Shown: one piece after another, positions 10,035-20,925 of the stretch
Layout: every line of letters starts with the position of its first letter
Numbering within the stretch: the stretch's first letter is position 1
From: Cladosporium halotolerans
Lineage: Eukaryota
DNA: 64,000 nucleotides
NCBI RefSeq assembly: GCF_011745625.1
Contig: NW_027191452.1
Location: forward strand, 434,001 to 498,000
Direction of reading: 5' to 3'
Made by a program: the position numbers and the translations under genes
The notes under the pieces: generated by a model
The model's input: only the letters and a program-made list of their open reading frames with translations
Databases searched by the model: none
What the model was told of the DNA's origin: nothing

Positions 10035-11080
10035 TCAGCAGCACGGGAACTTGTCATCGAGTAGACAGTGACGTCCATGGATCCCAGGAAGGAAGCCGCA
10101 GAAATCGCAGCTCCAGTAAATGCACCACCCAGTCGTGAGACACTGGGCGCCCGCACAGTCCGGGAGCAACTGCCTGCGCACAGCCAAGGTCAGCGAGGAC
10201 AACATCTACTTCGGCGGCATTCTGAAGCTGAGATCATGGCAGGTCCGGACGAAGTAGCGGTGGAGGTGGTAGCAAGAATCGCCTGGGCAGCCGATATTGG
10301 CACAGTTGGCGTTCTTGCGGCAATGCTTGCCCTGGCAGGCGGCGGGCATGTCTCCGTTCTTGATGAGCATAGTGTCGCTGTTCCAGTATTACAGTTAGTA
10401 AGGGGTCTCACCTTATGGTTTGTCCATATGGCAGTAACGAGCGGGCAAATCCTGATATAGAATGCAAGCATCACACTGGAGGAGCCAGCAAGTGAAACTT
10501 GTGTCGCAGGGCTTCGTCGCCTGCAATACGTACCTGTTCTCGAGGGACTTCTTGACCTCGTGAGCCTCGTTGACACTTGTATCCTCGCGCCAGTTGGTAT
10601 TATCCGGGTCGATGGCAGGGCGGAGCTGAGTTGGCGGATTGAAGATCTGCTCATGGTCCTTGACCGCGAAGCCGCTGACGTTGGCGAAGAGCTCATTGAG
10701 GTGCTCCTTGTCAGCCTCGAGAGAGCTGGGGAGGTTCTTGACCATCTTCAGGAGCTGCGCGTTGGAGAGAGGTGCGAAGTCGATGACTGCACCGTTGGCT
10801 AGGGAAGATGTCAGCACGGTCGTGTCAAAGAGCTTAGGCAAAATTGACTGACCTGAGTAGGAACGAGCGATACCATCGTCAGCGATGTGGACAAAGCCCT
10901 CAGGGTCAAGGTTCATGGCCTTAACAGACTGAGCGCCAGCCGGATTGGTCTGCAAATATTAGGTCAGTCCTTTGTTGTTGATAGTTTACAGGCTTCACTC
11001 ACTGGAGCAGACCCAGTGGAGATGGCGAAGATCGCCAGAACGAGGCCGATGGCCAGCTTGAAGAGTAAGTCGTGCTGCAT
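10035..11080 (-). CDS. Secreted pre-pro-protein with three alternative Cys-rich C-terminal peptide modules (effector/antimicrobial-peptide-like)
   Basis: Exon 1 11080-11003 (signal peptide), intron 11002-10950, exon 2 10949-10853, intron 10852-10799, exon 3 10798-10534 ending AAC AG before a GTACGT donor. Terminal modules: A 10533-10413 (read-through), B 10377-10206, C 10173-10035. Confidence 0.8.
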
Positions 11081-11646
11081 GGTTGCGAGCAGTAGTGGAA
11101 GTCTGATGTTCGGATTGTGTGAGAGGATGAGGTGTGCTGTTGTTGGTCGATGGTGAGAGAGAGAGAAAGAGATAAGGTAGTGGTGCGTGTTGAGGCTGTT
11201 TGTTAGCTGACGTGAAAGGAGGAAGGAAGGAAGGGAGGAAGGACAGGCCGCAAGCTGCGGTTGCGCCTTCCTTTTGATGCCACCAACAACACAACACCAA
11301 AGCGTCAACACGCTTTCACGAGCTGAGAGAGCGATGGCCTAGCACGTGATTGTTCCTGCAGCGTATAGGTCCTCAGTAAAGGCTGAAGTGTAATCCCTAC
11401 GATGGGCCTTTGATCGAGAAGAAAATAATGTCCATCATTATGCACTACTTATCAATTAACAATCCGGGAATCCCTTCTATCGGTGAAGTAGCATTTGTCT
11501 CACAACGGCCTAAACCCCGATTGCCATTTAACAGGACTCGGCACAAAAGCGAACACTTTTCTAATCGGACACGGCATGGCATTGCGCACAACACGGCGTT
11601 GACCTCATCATCCAAGTATTTGAGGACATACTTGGTTTAGGCATGC

Positions 11647-14600
11647 TCAATACGCGCGGCCACTTGACGTACGGCCGACGGTGAGGAAGGTCTCCACCTG
11701 GCCAGAGATGGCGAGTCTATCATTCGGGTCGACACCCATGGTCTGTGACTCAAAGTCAGTCTCACATTAGGTCAGTCAATGGAAGGGGCATTACTTACGT
11801 TCAAGTTATTGAATCCACTGAAATAGAAGCCGACCACGAAGACGAGGTAAGTCAGGATGAGCGAGCTGCCCTTGAAGTAGTTGCTCTTGCCCTCGCCGAC
11901 AACGTAGCCCATCAAGAACACGCCCAGAATGACAGTCACCATGTCCCATTGCGGGAAGATCAGAGTGAAGGCATGGTCGGCGTAGTCCGCGGGACTGATG
12001 AACTGGCCGTAGATCGCGGTAAAGAGCACAATGGCGGGGATCTGGAGAAGCATGACCTGCAAAGCATACGAATTGCCGATCTCCATGGAAAGCGCGATGT
12101 TTCCGTTCATGGCGAAAGATATGGCGTTCAGGAATTCAGTGGTGTTGGGGACGAGCGCAAAGAGTGTGATTCCTAGGAACTTCTCGTCGATGTCAACATT
12201 GCTGAGCACCGAGTCGACCGTGTCCACCAGAATCTCCGCGATGATTGCGTAGGCGACAGTGGCGGAAAGCAGAATGACGGCAGATTTCGTGCGCGACCAG
12301 TTGGGCGCATCGTGCCCTCCGGATGCTTGTTCGTGCGTGCCAGTAGCCACGACGGCAGCATTAGCAGCTGCAATCTCGCCAGCGGGTGCGGTAACCTCTC
12401 CAATACTGCTTGCTTCCATGTTCGCAGTGCGGAGGGACTGATTTTCATCTCTCTCCCGGCTATGTGAATCTTTCGCGATAGATCCATGTCTATGGCTGGC
12501 AGCGCGGGTAATAGCCATGTGCGCTGTCTTCTGGGGAGCTTTAGTCGCATCTCTCGTTGCCACAGCTGCAGCGGTAGCCGCCATTTCAGCGACCTGCTGA
12601 ACAAGTGCACGGTTGTCTTCGGCGCTGAGGCCCTGAATGCGGCCAGTCTTGACGCTACCGTTTTCACCATCGGCTGATTTCGGCGGGACAATGTGGTGAG
12701 TTTGGCCGTCAGTCTTGGGGACGGCATCCTCGCCATCGATCTTCTTCCCGGCCTTGGCGTTGATTCCAGCTTGTCTCAAGCTCTGGTTGAGAATCCGTTG
12801 GTACATCTGACTCTCTCTGATGTTGGTTTGTGAGACACTGCCGGAGGTCAAATTCCTAGCCATGTGATCACGCGGCTGATCAGTGTGAACAGGGCCAGAG
12901 ACACTGGCGTGACGTTCTTCAATGCGCTGGGCTTGTTGCTCCATCTTGGCCTCTTTCTTCTCGTCGGACTCGTTGTTCCAAATCACAGCGGCATGTGTCC
13001 GCAAGGTGAATAGTAGGCCGATGATGTAGCTGAGGAACAGCAACACAGCGGCGAACCAAGTGTACGGTCGGACTGCCTCAATGTAAAACTTCGTTTGTAC
13101 AGCAGGTGTCTGCGAGAAGTAGCAGCGCCGGCAGTCAGTGTCGGGTCCGTGAGTACCGTTACGGACGCAATTGTGGCAGTTCAGTTCGTGAGAGCCGTAA
13201 ATTTGATAGAAAAGCGTCGGACCGAAAGCGCCAATGACCGCAAACAACAACATCGTGTTAGTGGCACTAGCACTACGGACGTTGAAGCGTTGCGTTTTGC
13301 GTTTGAGAGCACCAAAGCACATACTGAGGCCGGGCAGGAAGAGAATACCCGCAAAGATCGAGCCGACGACACTGCCCTCGACTAGCTGACCCTTGCCTTG
13401 AGACAGTGCAACGCAGTACAAGTAGACTTCGACCACGGTACTGAAGAAAGCATTGGTAGTGGCACCAACACCCATCGAAGACTGAGCAGAGATGGAAGCT
13501 ACAGCCTGGCCGATGAAGTAAGCAAGTGGAATGATCGAAAAAAGGCCGAGAACGAAGTTGAACCCAGGAGACGTGAACCAGTTTTCGATGTGCAGAGTCT
13601 CGAAGAGTACAAAGTAGTTGAAGATTGTGAACGCAACAAGCCCGAGCATGTTGATGAGGAAAATGTTGGTTCCATCAATGGTATATTTCCAGTATTTTGA
13701 TCCCACGGCGCGGTATGTGCACATTAGGATGCTGTGCGAGTTGGCGCTTGGTGAGGATCGCGAATAATGAGTGTCCGAATGGAAGCTCAAGGCTAGTGGA
13801 TGGCGACGAAGATGGTGGAATAACAGGAGTGTCACCTTGCCCATGGGAATGGTAAATACGAGGAACCAGCAGATGGCGCTCACGAAGAAGAGACAGGGCG
13901 TGACCAGGAAGTAGAACGTCATGAAGAAGATGACACGTCCGACATCCCATTTGCCGCGGCCAAAAAGTCGCTTCTTTATCCTGTTCTCTGCGCGTTGATT
14001 CGCACCGTTGCGGTCGTGTCTGCCAAGCAGGCTGTCAGTCTCATTGGGCAGGTCTTCGACTTCTTCGCGACGGCGACCAATGAGTGAGCGATTTCCTTCT
14101 TGTGGGCCGAAGAACAGGCGACCTTCCTCAAGGTCGCCGGTCTGCCAGCGCTCGTACTCCCCAACGCTGCGACCTTCGCCTTCGTCTTCGTCAAGGTAGG
14201 CCTCATCGTGCTCCAGCTTGACAAACTTGCCAAAGGGATAGAAGAGGTAGGACGACAAATTCATTAAAACGCGACCATACTCTCGACATCCCTCAGCCTG
14301 AAGGAGACCGAATATATGGCAAAGGACGCCACCGAATGCAGCGACTAGAGCCAGCCACCATCCAAAGATAATCGTCCACAGGAGATTGAAAATAGAGAGC
14401 CAACGGCTGACTCTGCCGCCGGGTGCTGAGTGGATATCGCTTTCGGCGTTGCGCTGCACCGATCGATTCTTTTTGTACAAGGCGGGTTTCCAGATGCGGA
14501 TACCGAAGGGATGCGTTTCGTTGATCGCTTCTTGACGATCCCGGAGAGTAAAACTTTCCGCATCGCTCAAGTCTGGGTCGTCCTCGTCCTCGTCTTCCGT

Positions 14601-15328
14601 TCCTGGCGTGTCATCGTCGTCGTCATCGTCTCGTTCTTCCTCTTCCTCGCCCTGCAATGTGTCCTCAGAGCTAGGGTCCGCGTTTTCCTGGGCTGGCGCG
14701 GCGGGCGTGCTGGACCCAGCTACCGCGTCGGTACCTGTAGTCTGGGCTCCTTCTTCGTCTCCCTCCTCGCTGTCGACTTTTGGCAGAGCCGGCGCCTGCG
14801 CCGTAGGTCTGCGCCTGATAGTACTCCTACTCTCTTTCCTTCGAAGCAAGTGTCTCTCTCTTTGTAGGTTCTCTTTCGTTTGCTGCCGTACCAATTTCAA
14901 ATCGTTGTCGACTTCACCGGCGTCGTCATCTACGGAGAATTCGGCGCCACGGTGCGGCTTGTTCGAAGACGGCGCGCGTCGCACCGGACCCGGTCGTCGA
15001 GGTGTTTGCGGGTTCACGCTTTGTGGGCGCGTGCTGGACGAGCTGTGAATGGAACCTACGACATTTTGTTAGTGATACCGAAGAATTTCGCCTTTCAACT
15101 CAACTCACCATAGTCCATTGGGCGCGGTCTCGGTTTCTTCGCGCTCTCGCTCCCCTGCGCCGGCTGGTCTTTGGGGTCGATGGGCTGATCCGCCATGTTG
15201 CCAGCTGAGCTCATCGACGTGCGTCGAGTGTCGGGGACAGACGCGACGACGCGGTCTTGGGCAGCGGAGGCAGTTTGACGCTGCTGCTGCGGCGAGTCGC
15301 CAGGCACGTTCTCGACGTGGTCGGCCAT
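11647..15328 (-). CDS. VNX1: Vacuolar cation/H+ exchanger, VNX1-type (CaCA family with YccF-like domain), 3 exons
   Basis: Contains THPFGIRIWKPALYKK, NAFFSTVVE, GSIFAGILFLPG, GGHDAPNWS, LVPNTTEFLNAISFA and EGKSNYFKG. Introns at about 15108-15056 and 11798-11743. Confidence 0.9.
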
Positions 15329-16233
15329 GGCTGGGAGCTGGCCACAGATGCCCTGGCACGCTTGGAAGCCGAGCTTGAGCTCCACCGTGCGTGGGGCTAT
15401 ACTGGACGGGTGCAAGGCTGCGAGCAATGGCAGGGCCCGCAGAGTTTAAACGGTGGACGGCCGTTGCCCTACGCCGGCCGCTACTCGTCGCCAGCCTGCT
15501 GCACGTGCACGTCGGGCGTCATCTGCTCTCTGCCTGCGCTCGTGCCGTCGTGCGCGAGTCGTGTCCGTGGGCGTGGGCGTAGTTGGCGGACGTCTGGCCA
15601 CTGCACTTTCAAACGACGGGCAGCTCCTGTGCTGGTATATTACCTGGTGATTGATGATGTACATCGATTGTTCGTGTCATACATTCAGCCAGGCAGAGCC
15701 TGTTGCACCGGGGCTTCGCTTGAAACATGCCATCACCGCCTGTCGCGTGCCTTATCCGCTCGATGCGAGCATACCCGGGCCCTGCGTCAAGTCGTCCTGA
15801 TATCGTCGATCATCCCACAGAAATGCCCTTGGGTGCCGGGAAGCCAAGAATCACCTGCCTTTAACGATTCGTAATACATAACATCTCACGTAACCGCAGC
15901 TGGTGTGGGTCAAGGTGTTCGCCTCGTGACCGAGACACGCTGTCAAACGCCTGCTTGGCCGCTTATCAAACATAGGGTATCCATGGTCACCTGCGCCGGT
16001 GTGACCGCCGATATTAACCGAGGCTGCAGGTAGGAAAGAAATAGTGTCAAAATTGTGAAGTCTTGTTTGGAATGATCATGTATTCAGACAGATTCTACGT
16101 GCAATGTTCGCAGCCAACCCCTGCATTTCTGCGCCTTGCTTGATGCATGATTATAGTACAGCATAGCAAACGCAGAGCCCAGCCTCTCCTCGCCATCGTG
16201 TCCCATCGTACACGAAAAAGACACACTCGGCTA

Positions 16234-17456
16234 CTACTTCCACAGCTTCGTCAAACTCATCTCCTTGTCGTCGTGCCTGTTGAGCACCTTGGCCGTTGCG
16301 AGGTCGAAGTCCTCCTGTGTCACGTGCACTCTCCGCTCTCTCAGCGCGAACATACCAGCCTCTGTGCAGACACCCTTCAGCTCGGCACCGGAGCAGCCGT
16401 TCATCTTCTCCGCGATCTTGTGCAGGTCGATGCCACGGGTAAGGTTCATGCTCCTGCTGTGGATGCGAAGAATGTCCGCACGGGACTCAGCAGTGGGCGG
16501 GGGAAACTCGATCTTACGATCGATACGGCCAGGGCGAAGGAGCGCAGGGTCGAGGATGTCGAGACGGTTGGTCGCCATGATAACCTTGATGCCCTTAGTC
16601 GGCTCGAAACCGTCAAGCTGGTTCAGAAGCTCAAGCATGGTGCGTTGCACCTCGGAATCACCGCCGGAGCTGCCCTCGACACGCGAAGATCCAATAGAAT
16701 CGATTTCGTCCATGAAGATGATCGAAGGCGCGTGGTCGCGGGCCATGATGAAAAGCTCACGGACCATTCGGCTACCCTCTCCGATGTACTTTTGCACCAA
16801 CTCCGAACCGCTGACGCGAATGAACCTACAGTCCGTGTGATGTGCCACTGCTCTTGCCAAAAGCGTCTTGCCAGTACCAGGAGGACCGTAGAGAAGGACA
16901 CCCTTCGGCTGTGCGATACCGAGCGATTCGAACAGTTCGGGGTGTTTGAGGCCGAGCTCGATGACTTCCTTGATTTGCTTGACCTGCTCGTCCAGACCTC
17001 CAATCATGTCGTACGTGCTGTCCGGCACCTTTTCAACCATCATGAGCGACACCAGAGGATCGACGGAAGAGGGCAGGAGGGAAGAAAGCTTGTATGAGTC
17101 GCTGAGAAGGGTGACGCGCTTGCCAGCTGTGAGTTTCGTGATGTCGATGTTGTCCGCGATGTCAACGACTAGGAGACTGTCAGTTTCAACTCTTGCATAT
17201 CAGCTATGCGCGCTGCCTTACCATATTTGCCTTCTGGATGCACTTTCACAAGCACCTTCTTCGTTCCCATGACCTTGACCACCTCACCAACGTAGCTGCC
17301 TGGCTGCTGCAGGAGGCCCAACTCCTCGCGCAATAACCGCACCCTGCTATTGTACTCATTGCGCTGTGCTTCCAGACGTCGGAGAACCGCTTGGCCCTGG
17401 ATGATTTCGAGCTTCATGCTCTCGATCTTGTTGTTAAAGAACGTATCCAGCGCCAT
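16234..17456 (-). CDS. RPT6: 26S proteasome regulatory AAA-ATPase Rpt6, 2 exons
   Basis: Contains [23 protein letters not shown], Walker A GPPGTGKT, Walker [19 protein letters not shown] and C-terminal KLWK. Intron 17221-17169. Confidence 0.97.
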
Positions 17457-18369
17457 GATGGCGGTGGTCGTCGACGGTGATGACGATGTTTAGATAGATT
17501 CCTGATGTGCGCAGCGCTGGGTCCGGATTTGTTGAAACTTGTAGATGAAGTTTGCAGGTCGCCAGAGTGGTGGCAAGAGATACAGCACAAAGGTGTTGAT
17601 GGCGGCGTTGCTGCTTGGTGGTCGCGGTCGGTGGTGGCAGCTTGAGGCCGCAACGATGATGTGTTTCCGGCGACCCGGCTTACCTGCCGCAAGCACAGCA
17701 GCTTCACTTCGGCTCTGGGGTACCTAGGGTACCGTTACCCTAACAGCCCCAAACTATCACCTGTATCTCACACTCGAAAGGTCGCCGGTCATTGCAAGCA
17801 GCAGTAGGCGCGTTTGATTCGTGGTCAACAAGCCAGATATATACGCAGTTCTGAATGCAACCCTATTGACTTTCTATAGTGTTCTTAAACGTGAGGCCGC
17901 TGCTATCGTTGCTCCATGCCAGAACAAAGTTCGAGAGGCAATCACCATTCTAGCTTGCTTCAGAAGCAAATGCCTATCGCTGGATTATCAACGAGGTCTG
18001 TGTATCTTGTACTAACATGCTATGATCGTAACCTCACAAATGAAGCACGTCAATATCATGTCCGACTCAGCGTGAGAACGATACTGCCGCAATGGTCCCT
18101 TCATAGAGTCGTGCGCTAGTCGATAAGGCTCGTTAATTCCAGGTGAAGTCACCTAAAAGAGAAATGATAATGTTGCCGTTGCCGACGAGGGGACCGTAAC
18201 TATCTGAGTACTCAATGTCTTGCTGCCTTTGCGGTGTCGTTAAGAATTTGTCCTAAAGCAGGCCAAAACTCGTCTCTCACAAACCGTCTAGACAGAATCC
18301 AAAAGGAGAATGAGAAAAAACAGCGAAGAGATGCCCATAACAGGGAATCAAACTGCAAAAGAGTGATGG

Positions 18370-18562
18370 ACGATACTGGTGAGCCAGTACCGGAAGACTT
18401 GAAATCTGTAAGAGATATTCATTTCTGAAATCTCCCCAACAGGGAATCGAACCTTAAAAATGGAAAAAAGACGGTAGAACGATACTGGTGAGCCAGTACC
18501 GGAAGACTTGAAATCTGTAAGAGATATTCATTTCTGAAATCTCCCCAACAGGGAATCGAACC
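18370..18562. repeat. Exact 84-bp direct repeat (18370-18453 and 18479-18562) containing the tRNA 3' end and trailer
   Basis: Base-by-base identity at an offset of 109 bp. A third degenerate tRNA-end fragment lies at about 18334-18353. Confidence 0.95.
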
Positions 18563-18632
18563 CTGGTCTCCCGCGGCTTATCATCGGGGAATTAATGACA
18601 AGCGGAAATCATAGCCACTAGACCATTGAGGA
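18541..18632 (-). tRNA. tRNA-Asp(GTC) with 20-nt intron (18576-18595)
   Basis: Minus strand reads TCCTCAATGGTCTAGTGGCTATGATTTCCGCTTGTCA[intron]CGCGGGAGACCAGGGTTCGATTCCCTGTTGGGGAG. It folds as a cloverleaf, has A and B boxes, and the intron lies after position 37. Confidence 0.95.
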
Positions 18633-18718
18633 TTTGAACGTTTGGAGGCGTCCAATGGTGTGAACCATGCAACGAGCTTCAGTTTGCGTGATTATATCCT
18701 TTGTTCTGTAACGAACTG

Positions 18719-19962
18719 TCACTGATCGACAAGTATTTCGAGGTGCGTCACCTCGTACGAAGCTCCTCGCATATGAGACGGCCTGATGATGATGACCTCT
18801 GGCGGACCGAGACGCGGCATAGATTTCATCTTCATGTACTCGATCCGCTTCGAGACCTGACGTTGGCATTCCTCGAGGGTACTTCCAAGATATCTGAGCA
18901 GCCTGTTCACGCCACCGTGATCTCTGATCTCTTGACAAGTCTCGATGTACTTCCAGGCTTCATTGTTGATCACAAGGAAACCTCCCTGAATACCTGACCA
19001 GAAATTAGACGAGGAAGCTATCGCGGGAGACGGAAATGTCTTACCAATCGATGGCCCGACACATTCAAGTTTCAGCCGATCACGTGAAGAGGGTGAAGAG
19101 CGCAGCTTGATAATTGCTGCGTCCTACAGAAAATCAGTCATCTCCTGGGGTCCTGGGATCAGGTGATAGAGATGTACTCACAGAAGTTCCCGCTCCTACG
19201 TCGAGGAACAAAATCGAGTCATTCTCCTGTACGAGTGGTCAGCACATCGCAATGGAAAGACAGTGTGTAAAAACTGCTTACCTGGAGATAGGCGCCGTTA
19301 GACAGTATCTTCATACACGCACCGGCAACACATTGTGGCTCCTCGCGTGTATTGGCCCGGTCGAAGCCCGGTTCTCTGGCAGCGACAGTCATGACATTCG
19401 CAGCATCAGGACCCCAAGAAGCGGGAACGGCGATTTGAATTTCCCAAATGAGACTGTCCCAGTTCCGCTGCCTGCCACGATCGCTCAAACTCCTGATTCT
19501 GTACCATTCCATGACCTCTGCTTTGATGTCAATGAGGTGCTCCCTGATCCAGCTCTGCACGATGCGGATGATGTTGAAATGCGTCTTCGGCATGTCGCCC
19601 AGCAAAATGTCGAGAGTCCTCTTGACTACTTCCCTTTGCCGAAACGATGGGTGTAAAGCCATCTTCCAGCATGAGAGGACCTTGTGTTCGCCTCGAGGGT
19701 TGTCTCTGAGCCATTGCATGACTGCAGGCTCGCCCCATGGCAAGCCCACCTCCGGGACCTCCTCACCAAGGTCAACACCAGCTCGCACTATTTCCACACG
19801 ACGAACGAGGTTGCGGGATGGAAGGCAGACGTCTTCAATAGAAGCGTCGTCGATTCTCATGCCCGGGCCAAGGTGTTGTGTGGCGATCTCGAGAAACAAA
19901 GTTCCATAGTCCAAGCCGACGCGGATAAGCTCTTCCAAACTGTGGGACTTACTAGTCGACAT
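18719..19962 (-). pseudogene. Divergent Hsp70-like (actin-like ATPase fold) gene, apparently C-terminally truncated, 4 exons
   Basis: Contains VGLDYGT (phosphate 1), IAVPASW, EEPQCVA (connect 1) and LFLDVGAGTSD (phosphate 2). Introns 19281-19227, 19181-19124 and 19044-18994. It stops at about 360 aa with no adenosine or connect-2 motif. Confidence 0.6.
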
Positions 19963-20925
19963 GATGTTGGAATGTCAATCGACAGACTCAAAGGACTGAA
20001 CAAGAAGCTTGAGGGGGTGATTGAAGATAGGGACAAGGTCTGCTCTGAGTGAACGTAGAGGTAGCAACGTCCGTTTGATCTCTCAATTCTGGCGCCTGGT
20101 CATGAGGGCACCTGGGCGTTTGCAAATGCACGAGCCCGTTCCAGATCACAGATTAAGAGCACGGTGATACTGTGAGCCCAAGGGACCTTTCTTGTCCCAT
20201 CGCACACATTTCTCGCAAATTACGCGTTTGAGCTGCGTCCCAAGCTTGCCTGACGATGCTGAAACGTAGCGCCAGAACTCTACAGCATCACTCAAATGGT
20301 TGCTACTCTGACCTGTGATATCATTATGTTGAGAGGTCGATCAAAGGGAACAAGTGGGTGAGCTGCTAATAGCCGTGCTAGGTAGTCAGCAGTCTGCGCG
20401 CCTGTTGGGTCTTCGTCTTGCGCACCACGTCATGAACCGATAGGTCATCGTCTCGACTCAATTAGACCCTTTCGATCGATTGAAATATTGACTTACGACA
20501 GCTCCGGTGGAAACCAAGGTCATTTCATTGTTGGCCTCGTGCCAAATCACGTAGGCCGGTCAGCAATACCGTCATGGAGATAAGTCTCTATTTGTATCAT
20601 GATTTTGAAGAGTGATCGTTGTCGGTGAATGATGAATGAAAAGGAGGGTGAGCCGTAGGCTTGTGCACCCTTGATGCTTGGTGTCGGTAAAGTGCTTTAT
20701 GTACGGTCCCGAATATGATAGATCGCATGTTTGACCTGCATGGACAGGAATACGTGGAACCAAAAGCATGAGGCTTAACCGTTTGCATCTGCAGGCAATC
20801 ACAGGAGCATTGATATGCTTGGTTGCTTGCTTCAATCATCGTGGTGCATCCAGTCAGACTATAAGTGTCGATTTCAGCCCGTGGGTATTTAGCTTAGTAG
20901 TTAACAGAAAAGCAGCCATCGTCAA

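Noticed and set aside
10068..10696. ORF-track entries 10068-10460(+) and 10190-10696(-) as separate genes
   Set aside because: They are antisense or off-frame shadows of the Cys-rich exon array.
16147..17097. Long antisense ORFs opposite RPT6, and similar ones opposite DUF726, dynactin and TSR1
   Set aside because: These are expected shadows of GC-rich, codon-biased genes and have no protein-like features.
17717..17755. Telomere-like CCCTAA and GGTACC palindrome upstream of RPT6
   Set aside because: A single hexamer and a short palindrome are compatible with chance.
18370..18562. Repeat-spacer-repeat pattern as a CRISPR array
   Set aside because: There are only two long 84-bp copies, derived from a tRNA end, in a eukaryotic context with no cas genes.
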